A stretch of DNA of 64,000 bases from Paraphysomonas bandaiensis. Lineage: Eukaryota > Protista > Chrysophyceae. The stretch covers positions 86,941 to 150,940 of the forward strand of contig CBFFRP010000442.1 of the NCBI GenBank assembly GCA_965644295.1, given 5' to 3'. The position numbers and the translations under genes were made by a program. How positions within the stretch are numbered: the stretch's first letter is position 1; every line of letters starts with the position of its first letter. Below the pieces are notes generated by a model that was not told the DNA's origin, searched no databases, and saw only the letters and a program-made list of their open reading frames with translations. This document shows, one piece after another, positions 57,701-64,000 of this stretch.

Positions 57701-59502
57701 CATTGGCGAGGAAGCGCAAGCTTCCAAGTCCTGCTGTTATATCTATGGGTGAGGGGCAGGAGCCTGTGGCTATTAAGGCCATGCAAGCTGGAGCTGCTAA
57801 TGGTACTTGGGTGCTGCTGCAAAACTGTGAGTTAGGCTTGGAACTCATGCAAACTATGGAGGAGTTTTTAGAAAAGCTGTATGAAAACATGGACCCATCA
57901 TTTCGTCTCTTTATTACGGCTCTTCCGGACAAGGCCTTTCCCCTTGGCCTACTTCAGATGTCTACCAAAGTCACCAATGAACCTCCGTCGGGTCTGAAAG
58001 CCGGTATCCTTCGGTCGTTCACTGTCATTGTAGACCAGGACAGGCTCGAGCGTGTAGACACTGGAGCGGCACAATGGAGGCAACTTCTTTTTGCTCTGTG
58101 CTTCTTGCATTCCATTGTCCAAGAAAGGCGTAAATTCGGCTCTCTCGGTTGGGGCATTCCTTACGAGTACAACAATGGAGATTTAACCGCTTGTATTCTC
58201 TTTTTGGAGAAGCATCTATACAATGGGGCTATTTCGTGGCCTACATTCCAGTACATGGTCTGTGAGGCCCAATATGGGGGGAAAATCACTGATAACCTAG
58301 ATAGGCGTTTGTTTAAGACATACACTCAAGTTTGGCTTAACGCCTCTACTTGTCAGGAAGGGTTTTCTTTTAACCCGAAGGCACCTATATTCAAGATGGC
58401 TGACAACTTTTCATACCGTGTGGAGAACTACGAAAATATTTCGCAGTATCACACATACATTAAATCATTCCCTGATATTGATTCCCCTGAGATATTCGGG
58501 CTCCACCCGAATGCCGATCTTACTTTTCGAGTGAAGGAGGTCAACGCCTTGCTCCATACTCTTGGCGAGACACAGCCGAAAGGAGGAGGGGGAGGGGGCG
58601 ACGGTATGTCTAGAGAAGACGTTGTATTTGAAAAGGCCCAGGAGATTGCCAGCAGGATGCCTGCGGAGTACTCAGAAGATGACTACAAGGCAAAGATACA
58701 GAAGCTAGGCGGCCTTGGTGTACCACTGAATATTTTCTTGTTCCAGGAGATTCAACGATTGCAAAATGTTCTCTCCAAGGTCGGGGCAATGCTCACTCAG
58801 CTGAGACTAGCGATCAACGGTGAGGTGGTGATGACAGAAGAGCTTCAGTCGTGTCTTGATGCAATATTTGATGCGAAAGTGCCTACTACATGGCTCTTCA
58901 CAGTTGCAGGCGATGAGTTTTCTTGGATTCTTCCCACCCTTGGACTGTGGTTTTCGTCGCTTCTTCTGCGTGATGACCAGGATAGAGAGTGGCTAACACG
59001 TGGTCGTCCAAACACATACTGGCTGACTGGTTTCTTCAATCCCCAAGGTATGCTGACAGCCATGAAACAGGAAGTGTGCCGTAAGCACCAGAAGGACGCA
59101 GTGAAATGGGCACTCGACGACATTGTCTACCACACTGAAGTAACTCAGTACGAGAAGGTCGACCACGTGAAAAGCTCTCCCTCAGAGGGTTGCTACATAC
59201 ACGGCCTTTTTCTTGAAGGATGCGCGTGGTCAAAAGATCAGCAGCAGCTGGTAGAGAGTGAACCAAAGACACTATTTGTGGCATTGCCTGTCCTGTTAGT
59301 GTCTGCAAACCTCAAACAAGAGGAGGCTAGAATCAAAAAGGATGTATATGGCTCGCAGGGACCCTATGAATGCCCGTGTTATAAGTATAGAGCGAGGACG
59401 GATCGATACATTATATTTATTGTGAACTTAAAGTGTTCTGTGGAAAAGAACCCTAACTTCTGGACCCTGCGTGGAGTTGGACTGTTGTGTAATACTGATT
59501 AA
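45724..59502 (+). CDS. DNAH5: Axonemal dynein heavy chain, outer-arm gamma type (DNAH5/DNAH8/ODA2-like), 4592 aa
   Basis: P-loops GPAGTGKT, GPTGGGKT, GAEGTAKT, GVGGSGKQ; CFDEFNR; FPRFYFVS; stalk coiled coil; C-terminal WTLRGVGLLC. Subtype inferred from the long N-terminal tail and the GTAKT third P-loop. Confidence 0.95.
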   Translation: MSLSERHRWCGKKILEAFAPELDADAVQTFIRNEAVLHKFTSFFRGDGAGRLFVFYQPTTTSSEDWSEGSGPKVLSLSDGNEGAMVHKCCYFVRNVQPGTGLDLAKSGDSDLLFGEIGESPLGTIEAILSQSYRPMLDTYDNWGKVDDEQKNDFISEIGSFINNINEALTSFASGLDLRAPDPRLYRALEIKSHRTSLPIESIDHFEVLLNEWCNQIERYLDAPTHTSHSDDVGPRGELEHWRSRMQKLTSITEQLKRQDCKQVTVILSTITKNTTDPSKQNIVNLLRRWKQIDVNITEAANEAKDNVKYLYTLERFIDPLYTGNAETITDTLPALMNSIKMIHTIARYYNTAERMTSLFAKITEQMICNCKMHITGDETIDSLWESDPQELVRKLEACLKLNEAYQEHYRITKNKLEQSPKGKQFSFNEMQIFGKFDLFCRRVIKLIDMFSTIDQFNSLSKNKLEGMERLIDQFHHIVKEFRLKRHDLLDYHNNKFDRDYVEFNVKITDLEAALQQFINQSFENITSIEHSLQLLRKFQSILQRESLKSDLDSKLNIIFQNYGLELEQVQQLYEKEKHDPPIPRNLPPVAGNITWSRHLLKRIEEPMKQFESNQNVLAGKDAKRIIKMYNKVAKTLVAFEYLWYQAWVQSIDQAKAGLQATLIIRHPDDGKLYVNFDQEILQLIREAKCLDRMSIDVPDGARIVLFQEEKFKNYHNELHWALSEYDKVVSKVIPVTAMVLRPHFRDMEYKLRPGMITLTWTSMNIDAYKHHIHTGLRKLEELVANINDIIENRIEKNLKIVSKTLLVDLPDSDSFTVEEFVKMQEKHIAKQSTLLQGKNLEIEFAVRDLIKTISSYKLDSHVEGIAEDEITKLKKHYNHFMYQALLHCAKNSMNALKKRIGSRSTTVFDEASGVSRNTEVQPFFEVDIQLAAPNVVLHPSLDEIQECINRSAQAILRCFKTVKDWNFESEVARNKTFFDRITKDIEIVRVALLLTGCIQGIRNTVQDYLNSFAQYDWLWHSDKDSVYSEFMKGHPSLDDYEKKLKSFGSVDSNIACIDDVHNIGALSLRTVSIKSQLRSECNRWKVKFSDNLHAQAKSRLEQLTEYIRMTNGKVVREVTDLDTLRFIMRLLVDVRDRESSMDMEINPIMDMYRMLESYLPAGFMEKEEIDKKTVLRPNWKKLLKQAEMRTEELSKTQMKYKRQLLRDIKEFKHDVENFREDFLRNGPMVDGISANDAVDRLSRFKEEYKIRDRKMESYRGGEELFALPLTDYPDLEKTSKELKLADQLFSLYVDVLGTLNEWKNVLWVDVKEKVGEMNEKIEAFSLRCKKLPSRLREYNAYKTLKSQIEDFMVFLPLLQELSKESIRDRHWDEIIQITNAEFDYQDPEFRLGALMEINMVAHGEDIEEVTDGADKQLKIEKGLVEIEERWASFSFSFREWKNRNIQILLGTVGVMEELEEAQMNLQAFLTMRHVAPFRERAQELLQTLSDASDTLERWLKVQMMWCSLESVFTGGDIAKQMPMEAKKFGKIDKEWAKVMGKAYETQIVVDCCANEVLRAALPVMYQELEKCQKSLEGYLEQKRNKFPRFYFVSNPGLLIILSQGSDPLSMNDHYEKVFDAISYVEHNKKDKTIIEKMHGDGGPGHEVVPFSTAVKAVGNIEDWLCDLLKKQQLTMKDIARNCSSEVTQVANDIHHLRGFVDSYVSQFALLGVQMLWTMDMQMSLEQCRSKKNVMKECNQRQAEILKEMSSWCLTDLGSKVNRRKIETLVTIHVHQRDVTNELAALARVKKIQDPNDFEWLKQARFYWRPSAYDEVSSEGACIIAITDVDFNYQFEYLGAKERLVITPLTDRCYITLAQALGMFFGGAPAGPAGTGKTETVKDLGRSLGIFVVVTNCTDQQSYLDCAKIFKGLCMAGLWGCFDEFNRIRLPVLSVVAQQVLSILNAKKSGVVSFQFPGDPQNVTLIPCCGFFITMNPGYAGRQELPENLKTLFRGVAMMVPDFQMIIKVKLCSVGYEQFDILSQKFFVLYNTSKEQLSAQKHYDWGLRNILAVLRTAGQTKRDNLRADEAFLLYRTLREMNLSKMVAQDVPLFLSLLADLFPQCPPPPKADYPDLEAALKKSVESNKLVYHPTWVTKVLQLYDTTLVRHGIMLVGPTGGGKTQIFKNLRSSLEITTGITHKDCRLNPKAIRAQEMYGEVDPLSGEWTTGVFAAMWAKYNNRANTFNMWLIADGPVDAIWIEDLNTVLDDNRILTLANGDRIPMTDNVKIMFEVETLVNASPATVSRAGIIYVSDTDLDWAPYVEGWILKQPSSQQAILRSLFTKYMGNCTPTDPGHSFEFLTRNCHQVMNCSRIGMIMGLCDLFKGLTEGKDSIDISVDMEERMEKIFLYCYFWTVGGLIEADDRKKLDAYVRTLDKNSRMPQCIEDTTVYEYFVDETGNWSLWRPPKWVYPVGQEKLDFSNLLVPTMDSTRASYNCTHIHKQKKAVCIVGAEGTAKTSTTLMFFGTLDPEVMLVKRVNFSSATTPFMCQSAIEVELEKRGGKNFGPPGGKAMTIFMDDMSMPEVNKWGDQPTLEMVRLIVEFGGFCFLDKDKRGDFKVCEDLQYIAAMQHPGGGKNDIPNRLKRNFFIFNLVLPSIISINDIYGQMLAGRFPANTFPAETLDVVNKLTGATIELWRTMKDKMLPTPAKFHYIFNLRELSRVFQGILLTPTDTIKTGGYRCETNVTKFKGGGITLLNIWKHECGRVFSDKLTNLKDKATFNKFIDAQIVQTFGNLSEHAKEPFYMVNFLRPDVYDEEGVLVEDAPKMYEPGGTLTDVKPIVLAFLERFNTEFPAKKMELVLFNDALEHLLRLNRLMEMPRGSGLLVGVGGSGKQSLTRLSSYISRATQFQITLTKQYNKNSFMEDMKALFKSAGHLCKPTTFLFTESEIKDEVFLEYINSVLLTGDIPGLFAKDEVMAITADLRTKFVKERPHLEDNQDNLKQFFIDKVRDNLHLMICMSPMNPRFPVRARKFPGIISCPTIDWFLPWPADALVELSQAFIANFHVECTPEVKQGLMTHMGMVHSMVTEVCDEYFVKMRRRVYQTPKSYLSFIQNFTHQYGIKLAELKVKEGRVNLGLQKLIQGAEDVEEMKLVLAEEQVKLEVATKDTNKMLESLEVSSAEAKRESDKVTTIKNKCLEDSNRIGDEKAACMADLAKAQPFVDEAETAIRSIKPADIQEVKRFANPAIIIQLVFDGILLLFKLPMNPPRAAKLNVAKQDINFIEPSFRPHGVAVMNQADFLKQVVDFGGSGKDKINEETIEFLSPYVELEGFTAAVAKNASKAAEGLCVWVRAMKFYHEASKIVKPKLEALSVAEANLEAANKALNAAEMRLESCQARLAELQAMFDTQMAEKKRIEDGALALQRKMMMASQLIGGLAGERVRWTDDSNNFSDMKRRLVGDCAVSCAFTCYCGPFNQEFRRYLVEDKFINDCNSRGVPVTNGLDIISFMVDIGTIGDWNMQGLPADPLSIQNGILVTRSSRFPLMIDPQGQAINWIKNREASNVPAWGQASITDPKLKDKLEFCMGDGMALIVIGVEEDIDPMLDPVMERQIIRKGKRMFINVSDKMMDFDEKFMMYFITRLPNPNFSPELQAKTTVVDFTVTQKGLEEQLLGKVIGKEQKALEDQLNDVLEEVNMNTKSLMALDASLLERLTSNTGNLLEDEELIGVLANTKAKAAEVNSKLTAAADTKASIAEKREQFRPVATRGSVLYFAIVEMSNVNCMYQTSLAQFLELFIDSMDKAEKASLASKRVANIIDTMTYLVYRYVNRGLYEADKLTYILLVTLKIMITAGSLRQSDMILFLRGGAALDINSVRRKPFNWISNEAWLNVVELSQSLKFFADLPNEMSSNEAMWRRWYEDNEPEAIGIPDYEARISEVKDIGSFYKLLLVRSLRVDRCMLMSKWFVRNTEEMGPKFVEPVTDTIESIYDGMVAHTPVIFLLSTGADPTDAIETLARKRKLPSPAVISMGEGQEPVAIKAMQAGAANGTWVLLQNCELGLELMQTMEEFLEKLYENMDPSFRLFITALPDKAFPLGLLQMSTKVTNEPPSGLKAGILRSFTVIVDQDRLERVDTGAAQWRQLLFALCFLHSIVQERRKFGSLGWGIPYEYNNGDLTACILFLEKHLYNGAISWPTFQYMVCEAQYGGKITDNLDRRLFKTYTQVWLNASTCQEGFSFNPKAPIFKMADNFSYRVENYENISQYHTYIKSFPDIDSPEIFGLHPNADLTFRVKEVNALLHTLGETQPKGGGGGGDGMSREDVVFEKAQEIASRMPAEYSEDDYKAKIQKLGGLGVPLNIFLFQEIQRLQNVLSKVGAMLTQLRLAINGEVVMTEELQSCLDAIFDAKVPTTWLFTVAGDEFSWILPTLGLWFSSLLLRDDQDREWLTRGRPNTYWLTGFFNPQGMLTAMKQEVCRKHQKDAVKWALDDIVYHTEVTQYEKVDHVKSSPSEGCYIHGLFLEGCAWSKDQQQLVESEPKTLFVALPVLLVSANLKQEEARIKKDVYGSQGPYECPCYKYRARTDRYIIFIVNLKCSVEKNPNFWTLRGVGLLCNTD

Positions 59503-59677
59503 TCTGAAATTAGTTTGAATCGAGTAAGAGTTGTAACCAAACACCACCATTGGTAGTTAACTAAGAAGTGATATCTTACTATGATTCTAGGAAAAAATCG
59601 TGCTTATTATTTATCTTTCTATTTGATTAAGTTGGACTAGGTTAAGGGTTAGGGTTTTAATCCTAATCGAGTAGTTA

Positions 59678-59735
59678 AGGAGTATTTAGAAAAGCTGTAC
59701 GAAAACATGGACCCATCATTTCGTCTCTTTATTAC
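59678..59735 (+). repeat. 58-bp duplicate of dynein coding sequence 57860..57917
   Basis: 56/58 identical; flanked by short telomere-like repeats. Confidence 0.92.
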
Positions 59736-59911
59736 TGTTGAGATCTATTCGATTAGGGTTAGGGTTAGGGTTATACGCTGTCCCCCGATAGCTCCTTACC
59801 CATTTGAGGTGTGGATCTGTTTAACAATCAAATTTAAGCCAATGAAAAAAAGTAAGTTTACCATCGCGCATTATTCTTGATATAGAATACAGTGAATACG
59901 GCTCTGTGAGC

Positions 59912-62900
59912 GGTTAGGGTTAGGGTTAGGGTTAGGGTTAGGGTTAGGGTTAGGGTTAGGGTTAGGGTTAGGGTTAGGGTTAGGGTTAGGGTTAGGGTTA
60001 GGGTTAGGGTTAGGGTTAGGGTTAGGGTTAGGGTTAGGGTTAGGGTTAGGGTTAGGGTTAGGGTTAGGGTTAGGGTTAGGGTTAGGGTTAGGGTTAGGGT
60101 TAGGGTTAGGGTTAGGGTTAGGGTTAGGGTTAGGGTTAGGGTTAGGGTTAGGGTTAGGGTTAGGGTTAGGGTTAGGGTTAGGGTTAGGGTTAGGGTTAGG
60201 GTTAGGGTTAGGGTTAGGGTTAGGGTTAGGGTTAGGGTTAGGGTTAGGGTTAGGGTTAGGGTTAGGGTTAGGGTTAGGGTTAGGGTTAGGGTTAGGGTTA
60301 GGGTTAGGGTTAGGGTTAGGGTTAGGGTTAGGGTTAGGGTTAGGGTTAGGGTTAGGGTTAGGGTTAGGGTTAGGGTTAGGGTTAGGGTTAGGGTTAGGGT
60401 TAGGGTTAGGGTTAGGGTTAGGGTTAGGGTTAGGGTTAGGGTTAGGGTTAGGGTTAGGGTTAGGGTTAGGGTTAGGGTTAGGGTTAGGGTTAGGGTTAGG
60501 GTTAGGGTTAGGGTTAGGGTTAGGGTTAGGGTTAGGGTTAGGGTTAGGGTTAGGGTTAGGGTTAGGGTTAGGGTTAGGGTTAGGGTTAGGGTTAGGGTTA
60601 GGGTTAGGGTTAGGGTTAGGGTTAGGGTTAGGGTTAGGGTTAGGGTTAGGGTTAGGGTTAGGGTTAGGGTTAGGGTTAGGGTTAGGGTTAGGGTTAGGGT
60701 TAGGGTTAGGGTTAGGGTTAGGGTTAGGGTTAGGGTTAGGGTTAGGGTTAGGGTTAGGGTTAGGGTTAGGGTTAGGGTTAGGGTTAGGGTTAGGGTTAGG
60801 GTTAGGGTTAGGGTTAGGGTTAGGGTTAGGGTTAGGGTTAGGGTTAGGGTTAGGGTTAGGGTTAGGGTTAGGGTTAGGGTTAGGGTTAGGGTTAGGGTTA
60901 GGGTTAGGGTTAGGGTTAGGGTTAGGGTTAGGGTTAGGGTTAGGGTTAGGGTTAGGGTTAGGGTTAGGGTTAGGGTTAGGGTTAGGGTTAGGGTTAGGGT
61001 TAGGGTTAGGGTTAGGGTTAGGGTTAGGGTTAGGGTTAGGGTTAGGGTTAGGGTTAGGGTTAGGGTTAGGGTTAGGGTTAGGGTTAGGGTTAGGGTTAGG
61101 GTTAGGGTTAGGGTTAGGGTTAGGGTTAGGGTTAGGGTTAGGGTTAGGGTTAGGGTTAGGGTTAGGGTTAGGGTTAGGGTTAGGGTTAGGGTTAGGGTTA
61201 GGGTTAGGGTTAGGGTTAGGGTTAGGGTTAGGGTTAGGGTTAGGGTTAGGGTTAGGGTTAGGGTTAGGGTTAGGGTTAGGGTTAGGGTTAGGGTTAGGGT
61301 TAGGGTTAGGGTTAGGGTTAGGGTTAGGGTTAGGGTTAGGGTTAGGGTTAGGGTTAGGGTTAGGGTTAGGGTTAGGGTTAGGGTTAGGGTTAGGGTTAGG
61401 GTTAGGGTTAGGGTTAGGGTTAGGGTTAGGGTTAGGGTTAGGGTTAGGGTTAGGGTTAGGGTTAGGGTTAGGGTTAGGGTTAGGGTTAGGGTTAGGGTTA
61501 GGGTTAGGGTTAGGGTTAGGGTTAGGGTTAGGGTTAGGGTTAGGGTTAGGGTTAGGGTTAGGGTTAGGGTTAGGGTTAGGGTTAGGGTTAGGGTTAGGGT
61601 TAGGGTTAGGGTTAGGGTTAGGGTTAGGGTTAGGGTTAGGGTTAGGGTTAGGGTTAGGGTTAGGGTTAGGGTTAGGGTTAGGGTTAGGGTTAGGGTTAGG
61701 GTTAGGGTTAGGGTTAGGGTTAGGGTTAGGGTTAGGGTTAGGGTTAGGGTTAGGGTTAGGGTTAGGGTTAGGGTTAGGGTTAGGGTTAGGGTTAGGGTTA
61801 GGGTTAGGGTTAGGGTTAGGGTTAGGGTTAGGGTTAGGGTTAGGGTTAGGGTTAGGGTTAGGGTTAGGGTTAGGGTTAGGGTTAGGGTTAGGGTTAGGGT
61901 TAGGGTTAGGGTTAGGGTTAGGGTTAGGGTTAGGGTTAGGGTTAGGGTTAGGGTTAGGGTTAGGGTTAGGGTTAGGGTTAGGGTTAGGGTTAGGGTTAGG
62001 GTTAGGGTTAGGGTTAGGGTTAGGGTTAGGGTTAGGGTTAGGGTTAGGGTTAGGGTTAGGGTTAGGGTTAGGGTTAGGGTTAGGGTTAGGGTTAGGGTTA
62101 GGGTTAGGGTTAGGGTTAGGGTTAGGGTTAGGGTTAGGGTTAGGGTTAGGGTTAGGGTTAGGGTTAGGGTTAGGGTTAGGGTTAGGGTTAGGGTTAGGGT
62201 TAGGGTTAGGGTTAGGGTTAGGGTTAGGGTTAGGGTTAGGGTTAGGGTTAGGGTTAGGGTTAGGGTTAGGGTTAGGGTTAGGGTTAGGGTTAGGGTTAGG
62301 GTTAGGGTTAGGGTTAGGGTTAGGGTTAGGGTTAGGGTTAGGGTTAGGGTTAGGGTTAGGGTTAGGGTTAGGGTTAGGGTTAGGGTTAGGGTTAGGGTTA
62401 GGGTTAGGGTTAGGGTTAGGGTTAGGGTTAGGGTTAGGGTTAGGGTTAGGGTTAGGGTTAGGGTTAGGGTTAGGGTTAGGGTTAGGGTTAGGGTTAGGGT
62501 TAGGGTTAGGGTTAGGGTTAGGGTTAGGGTTAGGGTTAGGGTTAGGGTTAGGGTTAGGGTTAGGGTTAGGGTTAGGGTTAGGGTTAGGGTTAGGGTTAGG
62601 GTTAGGGTTAGGGTTAGGGTTAGGGTTAGGGTTAGGGTTAGGGTTAGGGTTAGGGTTAGGGTTAGGGTTAGGGTTAGGGTTAGGGTTAGGGTTAGGGTTA
62701 GGGTTAGGGTTAGGGTTAGGGTTAGGGTTAGGGTTAGGGTTAGGGTTAGGGTTAGGGTTAGGGTTAGGGTTAGGGTTAGGGTTAGGGTTAGGGTTAGGGT
62801 TAGGGTTAGGGTTAGGGTTAGGGTTAGGGTTAGGGTTAGGGTTAGGGTTAGGGTTAGGGTTAGGGTTAGGGTTAGGGTTAGGGTTAGGGTTAGGGTTAGG

Positions 62901-63820
62901 GTTAGGGTTAGGGTTAGGGTTAGGGTTAGGGTTAGGGTTAGGGTTAGGGTTAGGGTTAGGGTTAGGGTTAGGGTTAGGGTTAGGGTTAGGGTTAGGGTTA
63001 GGGTTAGGGTTAGGGTTAGGGTTAGGGTTAGGGTTAGGGTTAGGGTTAGGGTTAGGGTTAGGGTTAGGGTTAGGGTTAGGGTTAGGGTTAGGGTTAGGGT
63101 TAGGGTTAGGGTTAGGGTTAGGGTTAGGGTTAGGGTTAGGGTTAGGGTTAGGGTTAGGGTTAGGGTTAGGGTTAGGGTTAGGGTTAGGGTTAGGGTTAGG
63201 GTTAGGGTTAGGGTTAGGGTTAGGGTTAGGGTTAGGGTTAGGGTTAGGGTTAGGGTTAGGGTTAGGGTTAGGGTTAGGGTTAGGGTTAGGGTTAGGGTTA
63301 GGGTTAGGGTTAGGGTTAGGGTTAGGGTTAGGGTTAGGGTTAGGGTTAGGGTTAGGGTTAGGGTTAGGGTTAGGGTTAGGGTTAGGGTTAGGGTTAGGGT
63401 TAGGGTTAGGGTTAGGGTTAGGGTTAGGGTTAGGGTTAGGGTTAGGGTTAGGGTTAGGGTTAGGGTTAGGGTTAGGGTTAGGGTTAGGGTTAGGGTTAGG
63501 GTTAGGGTTAGGGTTAGGGTTAGGGTTAGGGTTAGGGTTAGGGTTAGGGTTAGGGTTAGGGTTAGGGTTAGGGTTAGGGTTAGGGTTAGGGTTAGGGTTA
63601 GGGTTAGGGTTAGGGTTAGGGTTAGGGTTAGGGTTAGGGTTAGGGTTAGGGTTAGGGTTAGGGTTAGGGTTAGGGTTAGGGTTAGGGTTAGGGTTAGGGT
63701 TAGGGTTAGGGTTAGGGTTAGGGTTAGGGTTAGGGTTAGGGTTAGGGTTAGGGTTAGGGTTAGGGTTAGGGTTAGGGTTAGGGTTAGGGTTAGGGTTAGG
63801 GTTAGGGTTAGGGTTAGGGT
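59912..63820 (+). repeat. Telomeric array (TTAGGG)n, ~3.9 kb, ~650 units
   Basis: Uninterrupted hexamer array with the G-rich strand running 5'->3' to the right; non-repeat sequence resumes at 63821. Confidence 0.99.
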
Positions 63821-64000
63821 GGGCCTACTATAAAAGAGCTCACTCTCCGAATGAAGAGCAAATATCTCAAGTGCTCAAGAAGTACTAGGATTTGTTAATG
63901 ATTTTAAAAGATGTGCAAACACTTAGTAAGTTGCCTTGTTTATTCATAAAAAGTCATTATTATGACCACTGTAATAAGATTTGCCCTTTTGTATTATAAT

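Noticed and set aside
45776-59308. Many short overlapping or antisense ORFs within dynein (e.g. 56253..57011), and similar ones in IDE and Copia
   Set aside because: Shadow ORFs of long coding sequences with no independent motifs.

Overview
Eukaryotic nuclear DNA from a flagellated protist, probably a stramenopile (chrysophyte-like by gene style; inference only), with short GT-AG introns. About 15 host genes are present: a Myb protein with at least 11 repeats (runs off the left edge), an SV2/SVOP-type MFS transporter, a GT4 glycosyltransferase, an orphan 167-aa ORF, an RGG/MPLKIP-motif protein, NAD(P)H glycerol-3-phosphate dehydrogenase, insulysin (M16A), a C2H2 zinc-finger protein, a small spliced COX14-like gene missing from the ORF track, an EthA-like flavin monooxygenase, a lipase-fold protein, SCO1, a SAM+GAF protein, a coiled-coil protein and an intronless 13.8-kb outer-arm dynein heavy chain. 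Twelve genes form six head-to-head pairs with start codons 366-526 bp apart; the spacers share TACAG/CTGTA/TATACGGTA-rich sequence, and the pairs are separated by AT-rich transposon debris. Mobile DNA includes a very young Ty1/Copia element (identical 293-bp LTRs with TG...TA ends, 5-bp TSD), hAT-type MITEs, a PIF/Harbinger transposase relic and an unclassified dispersed repeat with a conserved, potentially structured core. A ~3.9-kb perfect (TTAGGG)n array starts ~410 bp after the dynein stop. It is preceded by a patch containing a copied dynein fragment and followed by non-telomeric sequence. Exon boundaries were read by eye and are approximate.
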